Source of the DNA: an uncultured archaeon
GTDB taxonomy: Archaea; Micrarchaeota; Micrarchaeia; Anstonellales; Bilamarchaeaceae
Reading direction: 5' to 3'
Length of the DNA: 64,000 bases
Assembly: GCA_963734525.1 (NCBI GenBank)
Contig: CAVTHI010000009.1
Location: 67,429-131,428 of the forward strand
The notes below the pieces were generated by a model. The model was not told the origin of the DNA. It searched no databases and saw nothing but the letters and a program-made list of their open reading frames with translations. The position numbers were made by a program, and so were the translations under genes. Positions 61,866-64,000 of this stretch are shown in pieces; positions within the stretch are counted from its first letter, which is position 1, and each line of letters starts with the position of its first letter.

Positions 61866-63386
61866 ATGGCTGGTTCGGTTGCCAGGGGGCAGGTGGCAGA
61901 GAAGCTTGTCGAAGGCATGTCCAAAGCCGGGTTTCCCCTGGCAAATCATGCGCCGCTCCATGAAAGGCTCATGGGCAAGGCCCTCTATCACGACGATGAA
62001 CTCATCTTCAACCGCGCCCTCGACGGAAAAAGCTCGGCTTTCTGCGTTCTCGCCACGCGCGAGACCGACGGTTCGGTGGCGGTGCACTGGTACAATCCCG
62101 ACCCGGCAGGGGCGACGCTGAAAAGGGGGGAGTATCTCCGGAAGACGCTGCTCCCACCGGGCGCAAGCGACGCGGCGGTGGCGGCGGTCGTCGGCAAAAT
62201 CTCCGAGGATGCCGCGAAGAAGAAGCCGAATCAGATGTTCCTCGACCCGCACACCCACTTCGGCTCGATGTGCCCGCCCCTCCTTGGGCCAGACGGCAAT
62301 GAAATCAGGTGGGGCAGCGTGAAGTACGACGACGGCGTCTCGTACCTCACGGACAACCTGCGCAAGGCGCTCTTCTATCACATAGACTATTACGCGCTCA
62401 CGACGCACAACAGCTTTTCGAAAAACGCCTTCGACTTCATGTCCTGGGCAGGCCACTTCCTCGGGTTCCTGCCGGTTCCGGCAACAGAGCTGACGGCTCC
62501 GCTCAAGGAGCCCAACGGCCCGCATTTCCTCGTGCTCATGAAGAACGCGAACGTCGCGGACTACCTGACCCGCGGCATCCTCTCCAGGAGGGAGCGCCTG
62601 GACATGCCGTCGTATTTCAGCGGCATGGGCATGAAGGAGATGCTCGACATCCTCTTCGCGCTCCAGAAGAACAACCTCGCGGCGCTCGGGATTGCGCACC
62701 CGGTGAATTTCAATTCGCCGAACCTCCCGATACCGATAGTCGGCTTGTACAGCGCCGTGGATTCGGGCGCCCTCACGCTGGACGAGGCGCACATGATAGC
62801 CCAAAGGTTCGACACAATCGCGATGTGGAACCCGAGCCTGCACTCGAAGACGGACGAGGTCAGTATCGGGGACCCGAAGCTGAAAAGCTTCCTCCGCGAG
62901 GTCAACCGCAAGCATGTGGGGAACCGGAGGCTCTGGGTGAACCAGACGAATTACGCGCTTGCGCAGGAGCTGCACGATAGCTTCGGGATATGCACCCATT
63001 TCGAGACCGACGAGCACAAGACACTGCCGTTCATACGCGATGCGAGCGGGAAAGGCTACGTTCTCGGCGGCGACAGCCTTGCGATGGGCATGACGGTCAT
63101 CGAAGCGCCCGCGGATACGTTCAAGGGCAGGATGAGCGTGCCGGAGCTGATAGACATGATAAGGGCGCGCGCAGTCGAGATGCACGGGAGGGTCTTCGCG
63201 GTCGCGAGGCCGGAGGCCATCACGGTCCATGCGGAAAGGGCGTCGGTGCCCGAGCAGCTGCGCAGGGTGGCAAGAAGGGCCACTCATGCACTGACAAGGA
63301 GATACGCCGGGATGCTGGTGCGCGACTTCTTCGACTTGCTCTTTTCCGGCGATATCGACGACATCGGCCACATGTCCGGTGGATGA
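61866..63386 (+). CDS. PHP-domain metal-dependent phosphoesterase family protein
   Basis: FLDPHTHFGS, YYALTTHNS and GIAHPVN resemble PHP motifs. The overlapping 571-aa minus-strand ORF is Arg/His-rich junk. Confidence 0.7.
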   Translation: MAGSVARGQVAEKLVEGMSKAGFPLANHAPLHERLMGKALYHDDELIFNRALDGKSSAFCVLATRETDGSVAVHWYNPDPAGATLKRGEYLRKTLLPPGASDAAVAAVVGKISEDAAKKKPNQMFLDPHTHFGSMCPPLLGPDGNEIRWGSVKYDDGVSYLTDNLRKALFYHIDYYALTTHNSFSKNAFDFMSWAGHFLGFLPVPATELTAPLKEPNGPHFLVLMKNANVADYLTRGILSRRERLDMPSYFSGMGMKEMLDILFALQKNNLAALGIAHPVNFNSPNLPIPIVGLYSAVDSGALTLDEAHMIAQRFDTIAMWNPSLHSKTDEVSIGDPKLKSFLREVNRKHVGNRRLWVNQTNYALAQELHDSFGICTHFETDEHKTLPFIRDASGKGYVLGGDSLAMGMTVIEAPADTFKGRMSVPELIDMIRARAVEMHGRVFAVARPEAITVHAERASVPEQLRRVARRATHALTRRYAGMLVRDFFDLLFSGDIDDIGHMSGG

Positions 63387-63391
63387 GTCAA

Positions 63392-63988
63392 TCATCCCAT
63401 GATGCTCGATAGTATCCGGTAGGCTCGCTCGGTATCGGCCTGCCGCACGACAAGGAGCGTGTCGGTGTAGCAGGAGATGAACTCGACCACGTTGATGCCC
63501 TCCGACGCGAGCGAGCCGAGGATGTAGGATATCACGCCGGGCACCTCCTCGACGTCCTCGGGGCTCTCGATGATGATGAGGTTCAGGTTCTCCTCCCGCT
63601 TCCAGAGCGCTTTTGGCGGAATCCTTTCGACCTCCCTCTGCTCGACTATGTAGGTGATGTGGCGGCCGGATTTCACGTTCGAGAGCGGGCGGATGCCCTC
63701 CAGCTCCCTCTTGGATATCACGATGGCGACCTTGCTTTTCAGCACCATCGAGCTCCGTTTCAGGACCGAGAGTATCCTCTCCTCAAGGCTGGATTCGACC
63801 TCGTCCATCCTCCCGCCCAGGCGTATCAATGCCATCTTGACCGCGTTCTGCCGGATCTCGCTGCCGAACGCGTCGGCGGATATCCTGCGCGCGAGCGCCG
63901 AGTAGTTCACGACGCCCTGCCTGAGGACCTCCTTCAAAAACGGCCTCTGCTTGACATAGAGCCAGACGAGTTCCGAGGTGCTTTCCAT
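63392..63988 (-). CDS. ACT-domain regulatory protein (N-terminal wHTH-like region)
   Basis: The C-terminal VPGVISYILGSLASEGINVVEFISCYTDTLLVV is ACT-like. The N-terminal ...VVNYSALARRIS... is HTH-like. Confidence 0.55.
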   Translation of the reverse strand: MESTSELVWLYVKQRPFLKEVLRQGVVNYSALARRISADAFGSEIRQNAVKMALIRLGGRMDEVESSLEERILSVLKRSSMVLKSKVAIVISKRELEGIRPLSNVKSGRHITYIVEQREVERIPPKALWKREENLNLIIIESPEDVEEVPGVISYILGSLASEGINVVEFISCYTDTLLVVRQADTERAYRILSSIMG

Positions 63989-64000
63989 AAATATGCCTCC

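Noticed and set aside
61680-63395. 571-aa minus-strand ORF, the longest in that region
   Set aside because: Antisense to the PHP-domain gene, whose + frame has recognisable motifs. The translation is Arg/His/Val-rich junk, and the ORF would run into the tRNA-Arg gene.

Overview
High-GC archaeal chromosome segment. Archaeal hallmarks are fibrillarin, eS19/L39e/L31e/LX, aIF6, prefoldin alpha, aTrm56, geranylgeranyl reductase, archaeal HMG-CoA synthase, GGTGA/GGAGG Shine-Dalgarno sites, oligo-T terminators and three intron-containing tRNA genes. The lineage cannot be fixed without a database search. Left flank (1-15.4 kb): tmk, pyrB-pyrI, a PPC-domain protein, a multi-PAS/GAF histidine kinase plus CheY-like receiver locus, flpA with two unknown downstream ORFs, and the conserved rps19e / PDCD5-like / rpl39e / rpl31e / eif6 / rplX / pfdA / ftsY cluster. 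Centre (15555-46709, about 31 kb, roughly half the window): five co-directional giant ORFs, named here G1 (1403 aa), G2 (~3000 aa), G3 (834 aa), G4 (1638 aa) and G5 (~2930 aa), plus small ORFs. The only domain I recognise in them is an SGNH/GDSL hydrolase in G3. They also show a shared N-terminal module (G4/G5), a new ~50-residue repeat family (G5), a transmembrane cluster in the middle of G2, Pro/Ala and Gly/Arg linkers, beta-rich C-terminal modules (G4, G5), and two small paralogous SecB-like proteins bracketing G5. This block is the candidate undescribed system; its function is unknown, and a cell-envelope or surface assembly is my inference. Right flank: aTrm56, a phosphohexomutase, prs, DJ-1/PfpI, ferredoxin + geranylgeranyl reductase, a double-length ThyX, an SDR epimerase, HMG-CoA synthase, folD, a PP-loop AsnB-like protein, a PHP phosphoesterase and an ACT-domain protein. 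Caveats: at least ten apparent 1-nt frame disruptions occur, including one in the normally essential ftsY, mostly at short homopolymers. I therefore read them as probable sequencing/assembly indels rather than biology. The high GC also produces many long antisense or alternative-frame ORFs in the track, which I reject.
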